Of a DNA stretch of 64,000 nt, positions 18,817 through 27,482 are shown one piece after another. The DNA lies in the NCBI GenBank assembly GCA_041690135.1, contig JAWLHY010000004.1, positions 256,001 through 320,000 on the forward strand, given 5' to 3'. Made by a program: the position numbers and the translations under genes. Positions within the stretch are counted from its first letter, which is position 1, and the number at the start of each line of letters is the position of its first letter. The notes below the pieces were generated by a model. The model worked only from the letters and a program-made list of their open reading frames with translations. It searched no databases and was not told the origin of the DNA. The stretch is from Armatimonadota bacterium. Its GTDB lineage: Bacteria > Armatimonadota > SYMT01.

Positions 18817-19682
18817 TCACGGCAGCCGGACCCGCGTTCCGGGTGGTGCTTTATGAAGGGGAGGGCAGCCATGCCCTCGAGCCGGCCTCGCGCCTCGAGA
18901 TCATGCGCACGCTGCTGGAGAAGGGTTACTCCGTCACCCGCGCGCTTGCCGGCGGAGCGGTGAGCCCCACCACGGGCGGCGAGCTGCTGGTGCTGGGCCG
19001 GTTTGCCGAGAGCCAGCCACAGAAAGCGCAGGATACCTCGGGCGACGTGCAGCTCCACTTCCGCGATATCGAGGGCCTGGAGCCGGCGCAGGTGCTGGAG
19101 ACCGTCGAGTCCGTGCGTGAGACGGCCCAGGCGCCCAAGCCCGGCGGCTGGAAGCCCTGGTTCCCGGTGATCGACTACGACCGCTGCACCAACTGTATGC
19201 AGTGCCTCAGCTTCTGCCTGTTCGACGTCTACGGCGTGGAGAACGGCAAGATCCGGGTGCAGAACCAGAACAAGTGCAAGACGGACTGCCCGGCCTGCTC
19301 GCGGGTCTGCCCGGAGGTCGCCATCCTCTTCCCGAAGTATCGCTCCGGCCCCATCAACGGGGATGAGATCGACGCGGAAGACCTGCGCCGCGAGGCGATG
19401 AAAGTCGACATCTCCTCCCTGCTCGGTGGAGACATCTACCAGGCGCTGCGGGACCGGAGTGCGCGCGCAAAGTCCCGCTTCTCCAAGGAGCGCGACGAGG
19501 ATCGCGCCCTCAAGGAGCGGATGCGCTGCCTGGCCAAGCTCCAGCAGGACCTCGATATCCCGCCGGAGGTGGTGGCGTCGCTGCCGAGCGTGGACCAGAT
19601 CCAGGCCAAGGCCGCGGAAGCCCAGGCCCGCGCCGCCGCGGCTCTTCAGGAAATCGCGCAAACGGAGGGACCGTCCGCATGA
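18813..19682 (+). CDS. 4Fe-4S dicluster ferredoxin-domain protein
   Basis: WFPVIDYDRCTNCMQCLSFC and CKTDCPACSRVCP. Confidence 0.88.
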   Translation: MITAAGPAFRVVLYEGEGSHALEPASRLEIMRTLLEKGYSVTRALAGGAVSPTTGGELLVLGRFAESQPQKAQDTSGDVQLHFRDIEGLEPAQVLETVESVRETAQAPKPGGWKPWFPVIDYDRCTNCMQCLSFCLFDVYGVENGKIRVQNQNKCKTDCPACSRVCPEVAILFPKYRSGPINGDEIDAEDLRREAMKVDISSLLGGDIYQALRDRSARAKSRFSKERDEDRALKERMRCLAKLQQDLDIPPEVVASLPSVDQIQAKAAEAQARAAAALQEIAQTEGPSA

Positions 19683-20866
19683 TGCTGCAGTTCGCCCGGC
19701 GGATGGTGACCGAGGTCGACCCCCGGCTCCTCCACAAGATCGGCTACAACTTCGGGTTCAAGGGGATGCTCTCGGTCGAACGCTACAAGCGCCGGCTCAA
19801 GCAGGGCATCCACTTCCCGCCGTTCCTCTTCATCTCCATCATCAATAGCTGCCAGCTCCGGTGCCAGGGCTGCTGGGTCGACGTCGCCTCGCCCCGGAAG
19901 ATGATCACGCTGGAGGAGATGAACGCCATCATCAACGACGCCAAGAAGCACGGCAACAGCTTCTTCGGCATCCTGGGCGGCGAGCCGTTCATGCACCCGC
20001 AGCTCCTCCAGATCCTGGAGGCGCACCCGGACTGCTACTTCCAGATCTTCACCAACGGCCAGCTCATCACCGACGAGGTCGCCCGCGAGCTTCGGCGGAT
20101 CGGCAACGCCACCCCGCTGATCAGCATCGAGGGGACGGAGATCGTCAGCGACGAGCGCCGCGGCCGGCTCAACGTGCTGAACAAGACCCTGGAAGGCCTG
20201 GCCAATTGCCGCAAGCACAAGCTGGTCACCGGCGTGGCCACCAGCGTCTGCAAGACGAACATCGACCTCGTCAGCGAAGCCTGGCTGAAACGCCTGATCG
20301 AGATGGGGGTCCATTACGCCTGGTTCCACACCTACCGGGTGGTGGGACCCAAGCCGACGGCTTCCATCGCCCTCTCGCCCGAAGAGGTGCTGCGGGTCCG
20401 CCGGTTCGCCGTGGAGATGCGGAAGAAGCTGCCGATCGCCATCGTGGACGCCTACTGGGACGACCAGGGGGAAGCCCTCTGCCCGATGGCAACCGGAGTG
20501 AGCCACCACATCGGCCCCGGCGGCGACATCGAGCCCTGTCCCATCATCCAGTTCGCGAAGGAATCGGTCCGCGACGGCGGCATCTACGACCTGATGACCG
20601 GCTCTGAGTTCCTGCGCGACTTCCGCGAGACCGCGGCTAAAACGACCCGCGGCTGTATCGTGCTGGAGCGGCCGGACCTGGTCCGCGACCTGGTGGTGAA
20701 GCACGGCGCGCGCGATACCACGCAACGACAAACGGCCCTGGCCGAAATGGAAGCGCTCGAGCCGCGCACCAGCCAGCACAATCCGGAAACCGTTATCCCC
20801 GAAGAGCACTGGGCCTACCGCCTCGCGAAAAAGCACTGGTTCTTCGGCTTCGGCGCCTATACCTAG
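19679..20866 (+). CDS. Radical SAM protein with SPASM/twitch-like C-terminus
   Basis: CQLRCQGC (CxxxCxxC), GGEPF, FTNG, CPMA..HIGPGGDIEPCP. Confidence 0.92.
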   Translation: MMLQFARRMVTEVDPRLLHKIGYNFGFKGMLSVERYKRRLKQGIHFPPFLFISIINSCQLRCQGCWVDVASPRKMITLEEMNAIINDAKKHGNSFFGILGGEPFMHPQLLQILEAHPDCYFQIFTNGQLITDEVARELRRIGNATPLISIEGTEIVSDERRGRLNVLNKTLEGLANCRKHKLVTGVATSVCKTNIDLVSEAWLKRLIEMGVHYAWFHTYRVVGPKPTASIALSPEEVLRVRRFAVEMRKKLPIAIVDAYWDDQGEALCPMATGVSHHIGPGGDIEPCPIIQFAKESVRDGGIYDLMTGSEFLRDFRETAAKTTRGCIVLERPDLVRDLVVKHGARDTTQRQTALAEMEALEPRTSQHNPETVIPEEHWAYRLAKKHWFFGFGAYT

Positions 20867-20886
20867 AAATCAAAGGATCACTGCGA

Positions 20887-22602
20887 ATGGAGCTCCCTAT
20901 CCTGACGCTTCCCCGGCCGGTGCCGGTGGAGCGGATCCGCCAGCCCCAGGAGAACATCCCCCAGACGCGGGGCGAGCGTGAAAAAGCGAAGGAGGCGATC
21001 CGCGCCTATGTGGACCGGGTGCGCCCGGTGCCGCCGCTCTCTGCGGAGGAGCTTCGCCAGCACGCGGGCGAGGTGATCCGGCTCCACGGCTTCGACCCGA
21101 ACTACACGGATTACCTGGGGGTACTCCTAAGCAACGAGGCGTGGCGGGAGCAACTGGCGACCGTTCCCTACGAGCGGCGCCTGCTAATGCTGCCCAAGTG
21201 CCTCCGCGTGGAGGAGAAGTGCCCCGCGCCGTTCGACGAGTTCGGCCTCCTCTGCAAGCGCTGCGGGCTCTGCTCTATCCAGGACCTCACGGATGAAGCG
21301 GAACGGCTCGGTTACGCGGTGCTGACGGCAGAAGGCTCCGCCATCGTCATGGCGATCATCCAGACCGGCAAAATCGACGCCATCGTGGGGGTGAGCTGCC
21401 TCAACGTGCTGGAGCGCGCCTTCCCGTACATGGAAGCCGCCGCCATTCCCGGCATCGCGATCCCGCTGCTGCAGGACGACTGCAAGAACACCACGGTCGA
21501 CATGGAGTGGGTGTGGGACATCATCCACCTGACCAGCGACGACCGGACCCACCGGATGGACCTGGACGGACTCCGGCGCGAGGTCGATTCCTGGTTCGCG
21601 CCCGCCGAGCTGGATGCGCTCCTGGGCCCCGCGAACAGCCGGACGGAGCAGATCGCGCGCGATTGGCTGACCCGCGCGGGCAAGCGCTGGCGGCCGTTCC
21701 TCACCGCCTGCGCCTACCGCGCGCTGCAGGAGGACCCGGAAGCCCCGCTCCCGTACGACCTGCGGCGGGTGGCCCTGGCCGTGGAGTGTTTCCACAAGGC
21801 CTCCCTGGTCCACGACGACATCGAGGACGACGACGCCCACCGCTACGGCGAGCGGGCGCTGCACGAGGAGCACGGCGTGGCCGTGGCCCTGAACGTGGGC
21901 GACCTGCTCCTCGGCGAAGGCTACCGTCTCCTGGCCGAGTGCGAGGCCTCTCCCCAGGCTCGCTCCGAGATGCTGCGCGTTGCCGCCGCGGGGCACCGCA
22001 CCCTCTGCCTGGGCCAGGGCTCCGAGCTCTGCTGGACCCGTAACCCCGAGCCGCTCAGCTCCCTCCAGGTGCTGGATATCTTCCGCCAGAAGACGGCTCC
22101 GGCATTCGAAGTCGCCCTCCGCCTGGGCGCCATCTACGCCGGGGGCGATCCCGCGCTGGCGGAGATCCTCCGGAAGTACAGCGAGGCGCTCGGCATCGCT
22201 TACCAGATCCGGGACGACCTGGACGACTTCGACTCCCAGGCCGATCCGGACGACGTGAGCCGGCTCCGGCCCACACTCCCGCTGGCGGTGGCCTATGAGA
22301 AGTCCAAGGGTGAGGCGAGAGCCCGCCTGGAGGCCGCCTGGAAGCGGGCCACCGACGAGAGCCCGGAGACCCTGCGCGCCCTGATCCGCGAGGGCGAGGG
22401 CGACGAGCGCTGTCGTAACCTGCTGGAAGCGTACAAGGAAGAGGCGGTGCGGTCCCTCCAGGAGCTGGACAATGCCAGCCTCAAGGGCCTACTGCGGCGG
22501 GTGATCGGGAAGATCTTCCGGGTGGAAGTAAAGGGCTGGTGCAGTGAGTTTGAGGCTCGAAATGCTGCAGGTCGCGAGGCTGGCGCCCCGGCTGCTGGGT
22601 GA
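20887..22602 (+). CDS. DUF116-polyprenyl diphosphate synthase fusion
   Basis: N-terminal LPKCLR..CPA..CKRCGLCSI..GVSC; C-terminal GKRWRP, FARM HDDIED..RYG, SARM YQIRDDLDD. Confidence 0.9.
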   Translation: MELPILTLPRPVPVERIRQPQENIPQTRGEREKAKEAIRAYVDRVRPVPPLSAEELRQHAGEVIRLHGFDPNYTDYLGVLLSNEAWREQLATVPYERRLLMLPKCLRVEEKCPAPFDEFGLLCKRCGLCSIQDLTDEAERLGYAVLTAEGSAIVMAIIQTGKIDAIVGVSCLNVLERAFPYMEAAAIPGIAIPLLQDDCKNTTVDMEWVWDIIHLTSDDRTHRMDLDGLRREVDSWFAPAELDALLGPANSRTEQIARDWLTRAGKRWRPFLTACAYRALQEDPEAPLPYDLRRVALAVECFHKASLVHDDIEDDDAHRYGERALHEEHGVAVALNVGDLLLGEGYRLLAECEASPQARSEMLRVAAAGHRTLCLGQGSELCWTRNPEPLSSLQVLDIFRQKTAPAFEVALRLGAIYAGGDPALAEILRKYSEALGIAYQIRDDLDDFDSQADPDDVSRLRPTLPLAVAYEKSKGEARARLEAAWKRATDESPETLRALIREGEGDERCRNLLEAYKEEAVRSLQELDNASLKGLLRRVIGKIFRVEVKGWCSEFEARNAAGREAGAPAAG

Positions 22603-23428
22603 TTCCGCCGACCTCGTCACCGATTTCTTCCGCAGCCAGATCCACCCAGACGGCGGCTTTCAGGACCGCTCCGGCGACCATGATCTCTACTATACGGTCT
22701 TCGGCCTGGAGGGCCTCGCCGCTCTCCGGGCCGATGTGCCATGGTCCCGGATGACCGACTACATCCGCGGCTTCGGCACCGGAGAAGGGCTCGACTTCGT
22801 CCACCTCACCTGCCTGGCTCGCGCCTGGGCCAACCTGCCCGTAGCCGTTCGCGGGGAAGCTCCCCGGCGGGAGATCCTGGCGCAGGTCGAGGGGCTGCGC
22901 AGCGCGGACGGCGGCTACGACGCGGAACCGGGCCGCGAGCGCGGGACGCTTTACGGCTGCTTTCTCGCCCTGGGCGCCTACCAGGACCTGGAGGCTCCCA
23001 TGCCGCATCCGGAGGCGATGCTGGCCTGTATCCGCAGCCTGCGGGCAGAGGACGGCGGGTACGCCAACCAGGTCGAGATGCCGCTCGGTCTCACCCCCTC
23101 CACCGCGGCGGCGGCCACCCTCCTGCGCCAGTTGGGAGAACCCGCGGAGCCGGAACTGGCCGAGTGGCTACTCTCCCGCTGCCATCCGGATGGCGGTTTC
23201 TTCGCAACACCCCTCGCCCCCCTCCCGGACCTTCTCTCCACCGCCACCGCCCTACACGCCCTCGCCGGCCTCCACGCCGACCTCTCCCCCATCCAGGAGC
23301 CCAGCCTCGACTTCATCGACAGCCTCTGGACCAACCGCGGCGCCTTCTTCGGCAGTTGGACCGACGACGAAGCCGACGTGGAGTACACCTACTACGGCCT
23401 CCTCGCCCTAGGCCACCTCGCGCTGTAG
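22544..23428 (+). CDS. Prenyltransferase/squalene-oxidase-repeat protein (protein prenyltransferase beta-like)
   Basis: Repeated DGGF/DGGY motifs, DLYYTVFG, DVEYTYYGLLALG; overlaps the upstream gene. Confidence 0.85.
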   Translation: MSLRLEMLQVARLAPRLLGDSADLVTDFFRSQIHPDGGFQDRSGDHDLYYTVFGLEGLAALRADVPWSRMTDYIRGFGTGEGLDFVHLTCLARAWANLPVAVRGEAPRREILAQVEGLRSADGGYDAEPGRERGTLYGCFLALGAYQDLEAPMPHPEAMLACIRSLRAEDGGYANQVEMPLGLTPSTAAAATLLRQLGEPAEPELAEWLLSRCHPDGGFFATPLAPLPDLLSTATALHALAGLHADLSPIQEPSLDFIDSLWTNRGAFFGSWTDDEADVEYTYYGLLALGHLAL

Positions 23429-23880
23429 GGGACGCCTTTCGACACAGAGGGACACAGAAGGAACAGAAGAACACAGATTCCGAATCGGAAGGGACCAGGA
23501 CTGCTCGCAACACGTCGTCCAGAGAATACCTAGATTTCTCGGGAAACGGACCCGACGGGTTCGGTGGATGATGGGGAATGGTGTGGGCCCTGGTTCAGAA
23601 GGTAGCACAGGCCCTCGTGGCCGTTGGTCACGGTGCTCACAAAAGGTCCAACCCGTCCACGCCCCTGCCCACGGACCGCACCCGCTACGCCTACAGTATT
23701 CGCGAACGTGGACACCCACCACCATCCTGCACCCGGTGCCACGGGCTGCACCGCCTGGTGGTTGGAGCAATATTCCCGGAGGGACGGCGGAGATCGGGTG
23801 CCCGCATGCGGGCCGGGGGGGGTGCAAACCCCGGCGTAGCTGACAACCTGTCATCCAAGCCCTCTGGTGGTTAGAGCGTT

Positions 23881-23972
23881 AGCCCCGGAGGGGCGTCAGG
23901 AGAATAGCCGGGGGTGCAAGCCCCCGCAGTAGCCGGCACCCAATCATCCGAGCCCTGGAAGGGCGGCAGAGG
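23881..23972. repeat. REP-like repeat family A, copy 2
   Basis: AGCCCCGGAGGGGCG..TAGCCGGGGGTGCAAGCCCCCG..AGCCCTGGAAGGGCGGCAGA. Confidence 0.8.
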
Positions 23973-24013
23973 GTTCGCAGCTCACCAGGGTGACGAGGCG
24001 GATGCAAGAGAGG

Positions 24014-24601
24014 CTACGGCACAGAAAAGTCGAAGGTGATGCGGTCGTAGACTTCCCGAAGAGGGAGAGTGCTGCCGATGGAGGGGAGATCCACCACCGC
24101 ATCGAGCCCTTCGTAGACCGAGTAAGTCCAGTCACCCGAGTGGTCGATGCGGGTGAACTTCTCAATGCTCGGCCGGTCCTGGGCGACCAGCAGGTATTCG
24201 CGGAGTGAGGGAATCGTCTGGTATTGGCGCCATTTCCCGCCCCGATCATAAGCCTCCGTGCTCTCCGACAAGACCTCTACGATAACCGTGGGATTCAGGA
24301 GCGTATCCCGGCGCCCATCTTCATACTGGATCTCGCCGCAGGCCACGGACCCATCCGGATACGTGTAAAGCCCGGTGGCGCTGACCCGTACACGCAGATC
24401 GCTCCCGTGCGGCTCGCACGGCCTCCCTTTCAACTGGCGATGGAGTTCCGCAAAAATGTTCCCGGCGATGAGGCTGTGCTCGCGACTCCCCCCGGCCATC
24501 GCATACATCTCGCCGGCGTGGTACTCGCTCTTGTGGTCCGCAGCTCTCTCGATCGCCAGGTATTCTTCCGGCGAAAGGTAGTTGGCCGGCAGTGAGCTCA
24601 T
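24014..24601 (-). CDS. Uma2 family (DUF820) endonuclease-like protein
   Basis: SPEEYLAIE..KSEYHAGEMYAMAGGS..YTYPD..VEVLSESTEAYDRGGK. Confidence 0.92.
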   Translation of the reverse strand: MSSLPANYLSPEEYLAIERAADHKSEYHAGEMYAMAGGSREHSLIAGNIFAELHRQLKGRPCEPHGSDLRVRVSATGLYTYPDGSVACGEIQYEDGRRDTLLNPTVIVEVLSESTEAYDRGGKWRQYQTIPSLREYLLVAQDRPSIEKFTRIDHSGDWTYSVYEGLDAVVDLPSIGSTLPLREVYDRITFDFSVP

Positions 24602-24737
24602 CGGGCCCTTCCTCCGCAGTGCCTTCCACGGGTGCCGCGCGCAACCCGCCTCCGCACCATCTCCTGTCATTATGGCACGGAACGGTACGCCGGCCGTATT
24701 GACCTACTACCGCCACCAACGCCAGCAACGCCGCGGA

Positions 24738-24965
24738 TCAGTTATGGGGCCGGAAGACGGGAAAAGCGTCCAGGCTGACCTCCTCCGATTCCGGAACCGG
24801 CGATTCCACCGTACGCCGCATGTAGACGATCAGCCGAGGCTGGTAGCTCACCGAGGGAAGCACGTCGGTGGAAGTGATCTCCCATCCCAGGCTCCCCATG
24901 CGAGATAATTCCTGCCGGACTTCCTCCACCGAGCCGATAATGATTTCGTATTGCCAGTTTTGCAT
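24738..24965 (-). CDS. Small DUF4177-like protein
   Basis: MQNWQYEII..LSRMGSLGWEI..YMRR; GGGGAG RBS. Confidence 0.65.
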   Translation of the reverse strand: MQNWQYEIIIGSVEEVRQELSRMGSLGWEITSTDVLPSVSYQPRLIVYMRRTVESPVPESEEVSLDAFPVFRPHN

Positions 24966-25131
24966 GGCTCCCCTACCTCTCTCCGCGAGTTTGGGGGACC
25001 GGTCGAACCTGAGCATTTTGTGCAAAATTCGGCCCCCGAGTCGGCATACCCAGGGCCGGCCGGGGTATACTCCCGTAAAGCCGTGGATCGAGGAATCGCG
25101 CAGTTGAAGGTCCGGAGGGCCGGTAGTCACC

Positions 25132-25542
25132 ATGGATGAGAAGCGCAGGCGCAGGATGACTCCTGGAAACGGGCGGGCCCGGCCACAACGCCGGCGGCTC
25201 GAGCAGGACCTCCTGGCGACGGACCGGGCCGTCTTCTATCACCTGGCCGACGCGGAAACGTCCGGCGACCTCAACGCGCAGTTCGAGGCGGCGCGCGAGT
25301 GGTGCCGGCGTGCCGGCGTGGAGCTGGCCGGCTACTATGTGGACCTGGGCCTTCCCGGCAGCACCGCCTTCTGCGAGCGGCCCGCCGCGGTCGAGTTGAT
25401 GCGCGAGGCGCCCGCCGCCGCCGCCCGCTGGGTGCTCGTCACCGACTGGCGCCGGGTCGGGGTGAACAAAACGGTCGGTCAGGAAGCCGCCCAGGTGCTG
25501 GAGCAGGTGGGCCTGCAGTTCCGCAACATGAAAAGCGCCTGA
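25132..25542 (+). CDS. Stand-alone serine recombinase catalytic-domain homolog, degenerate
   Basis: AVFY..LNAQ..WCRRAGVELAGYYVDLGLPGS..RPA..LM..VLVTDWRRVG follows the resolvase layout; YxRxS motif absent. Confidence 0.6.
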   Translation: MDEKRRRRMTPGNGRARPQRRRLEQDLLATDRAVFYHLADAETSGDLNAQFEAAREWCRRAGVELAGYYVDLGLPGSTAFCERPAAVELMREAPAAAARWVLVTDWRRVGVNKTVGQEAAQVLEQVGLQFRNMKSA

Positions 25543-25562
25543 CGCCGCCGTCATCCTGACGC

Positions 25563-27482
25563 ATGCGCCTTGTCTTCCCCTCCATCCCGGTCCTCACCAG
25601 TCTCCTGCTCCTCCTCGGGATTGTCGCGGTCTCCCACGCCACGGCCCAGGGCGCGGCGCTCCCACCCCCCGACCTCCGGGAGTACGAGGCCCGCGTGGCG
25701 CCCCTGCTGAAATCGCACTGCGTGGGCTGCCACAACGCGGAGAAGGCTGAAGGGGGCATCGATCTGTCTCGCCTGGGACCGCCCGCGGAGGCCGCTCGCC
25801 GGCGGGGAGTCTGGCGGCGCGCTGCGGCGCGGGTTGCGGCGGGGGAGATGCCTCCGCGCGGCGCGAAAGGTCTTTCCCGGCGGGACCGCACCCGGATGGT
25901 GCGCTGGATGCAGTCCGCCGCGGAGCACCTGGACCCCAACGACCCGACCGCGCGAGATCCGGGACCCTCCGTACTGCGGCGCCTGACCCGGACGGAGTAT
26001 GACCGCACCGTCCGCGATCTGTTCGGGATCTCCTTCGACTCCGGCCGCGAAGTGGGCCTGCCCGGCTCGGAGGGCGCGACCCGGTTCGACAACCAGGCCG
26101 CCGCCCTGACGCTTTCACCCGCGTTGCTGGACAAGTACCTGGCCGCGGCGGAGAAGGTCACCGAGCATGTGTTCGACGACCCGCGTGCCCGGAAGCGCCT
26201 GCTCGTGCCGGAACCCGAGGCGGGTGTCCCCGAGCGAGAAGCCGCGCGCCGGATACTCGTCCCGCTCCTGCGCCGGGCCTATCGTCGGCCGGCGACCCCC
26301 ACGGAGGTCGACCGTTTCCTGAAGGTCTACGACACCGCCACCCATGGAGCCCAGGGAGGCGGAGACCTGGAGACCGGAATGCGCGCGGTTTTGAAGCCGG
26401 TTCTCATCTCCCCGCACTTCCTCTACCGCATCGAGCAGGACCGTCCCGGCGCGGGTCCCCAGCGAGTCAGCGACCACGAACTCGCGGTCCGTCTCTCCTA
26501 CTTCCTGTGGTCGGCGCCGCCGGACGACGCGCTCGCCGCTCTCGCCGACGCCGGCCGGCTCTCCGATCCGGAAGTATTGGAAGCGCAGGTCCGCCGAATG
26601 CTCGCCCACCCTCAGGCTCGCGCCCTCACCGACGGCTTCGGCATTCAATGGCTCCAGTTGGATGAGTTGAGCCGGGCCCGGCCCAGCACGGAGTTCTTCC
26701 CCAGCTTCACGCGGCGGCTGCGGCAGGCGATGTACGACGAAACAGCGACCTTCTTCGACAGGCTCCGCACGGAAGACCGCAGCGTCCTGGAGTTGCTGGA
26801 TGCCGATTACACCTACGCCAACGCGGAACTGGCGGCGCACTACGGCATCGAGGGCATTACCGGTAGAGACCTGCAGCGCGTTACGCTCCGCCCAGAGCAC
26901 CGCCGCGGGGGATTGCTGGGAATGGGGAGTGTCCTCGCGCTTACCTCGCACACCCACCGCACCAGCCCCACCCTGCGGGGCAAATATATCCTCGACGTGA
27001 TCTTCGGCACGCCCCCACCGCCTCCGCCGCCGGACGCCGGTTTGCTGAAGGAAGAGAAGGGGAAAGAGCCCAGGAGTTTCCGCGAGCAACTGGCCCTGCA
27101 CGCCTCGAATGCGTCCTGCGTGGGATGTCACCGGAAGCTCGATCCGCTGGGCTTCGCGCTAGAGAACTACGACGCCGTGGGCGCCTGGCGGGAAACCAGC
27201 CCGGAACGTCCGCTGGACACCACGGGCGAACTGCCCACCGGCGAGAAGCTGCGCGGGGCCGCCGACCTGAAGCAGGTCCTCCTGAAGCGGAAGGGAGAGT
27301 TCGTCCGCAACCTCGCGGGCCAACTGCTGTCGTATGCCCTGGGACGCGAACTGGAGGACCAGGACGAACACACGCTCCGGCGGCTCACCGCCGACCTGGA
27401 GCGGGATGGCTACCGGTTCTCCACGCTGGTAGTGGGAATCACGCGAAGCCCGCAGTTTCTGTACCGGAGAGGTAAACCATGA
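25563..27482 (+). CDS. DUF1592/DUF1588-type protein with cytochrome-c-like CxxCH motifs
   Basis: HCVGCH, LRRLTRTEY, RLSYFLWSAPPD, TSPTLRG, CVGCHRKLDPLGF. Confidence 0.92.
   Translation: MRLVFPSIPVLTSLLLLLGIVAVSHATAQGAALPPPDLREYEARVAPLLKSHCVGCHNAEKAEGGIDLSRLGPPAEAARRRGVWRRAAARVAAGEMPPRGAKGLSRRDRTRMVRWMQSAAEHLDPNDPTARDPGPSVLRRLTRTEYDRTVRDLFGISFDSGREVGLPGSEGATRFDNQAAALTLSPALLDKYLAAAEKVTEHVFDDPRARKRLLVPEPEAGVPEREAARRILVPLLRRAYRRPATPTEVDRFLKVYDTATHGAQGGGDLETGMRAVLKPVLISPHFLYRIEQDRPGAGPQRVSDHELAVRLSYFLWSAPPDDALAALADAGRLSDPEVLEAQVRRMLAHPQARALTDGFGIQWLQLDELSRARPSTEFFPSFTRRLRQAMYDETATFFDRLRTEDRSVLELLDADYTYANAELAAHYGIEGITGRDLQRVTLRPEHRRGGLLGMGSVLALTSHTHRTSPTLRGKYILDVIFGTPPPPPPPDAGLLKEEKGKEPRSFREQLALHASNASCVGCHRKLDPLGFALENYDAVGAWRETSPERPLDTTGELPTGEKLRGAADLKQVLLKRKGEFVRNLAGQLLSYALGRELEDQDEHTLRRLTADLERDGYRFSTLVVGITRSPQFLYRRGKP

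Noticed and set aside
22544-23428. Squalene-hopene cyclase / hopanoid cluster
   Set aside because: Too short, no DxDD motif and no hpn genes in the window
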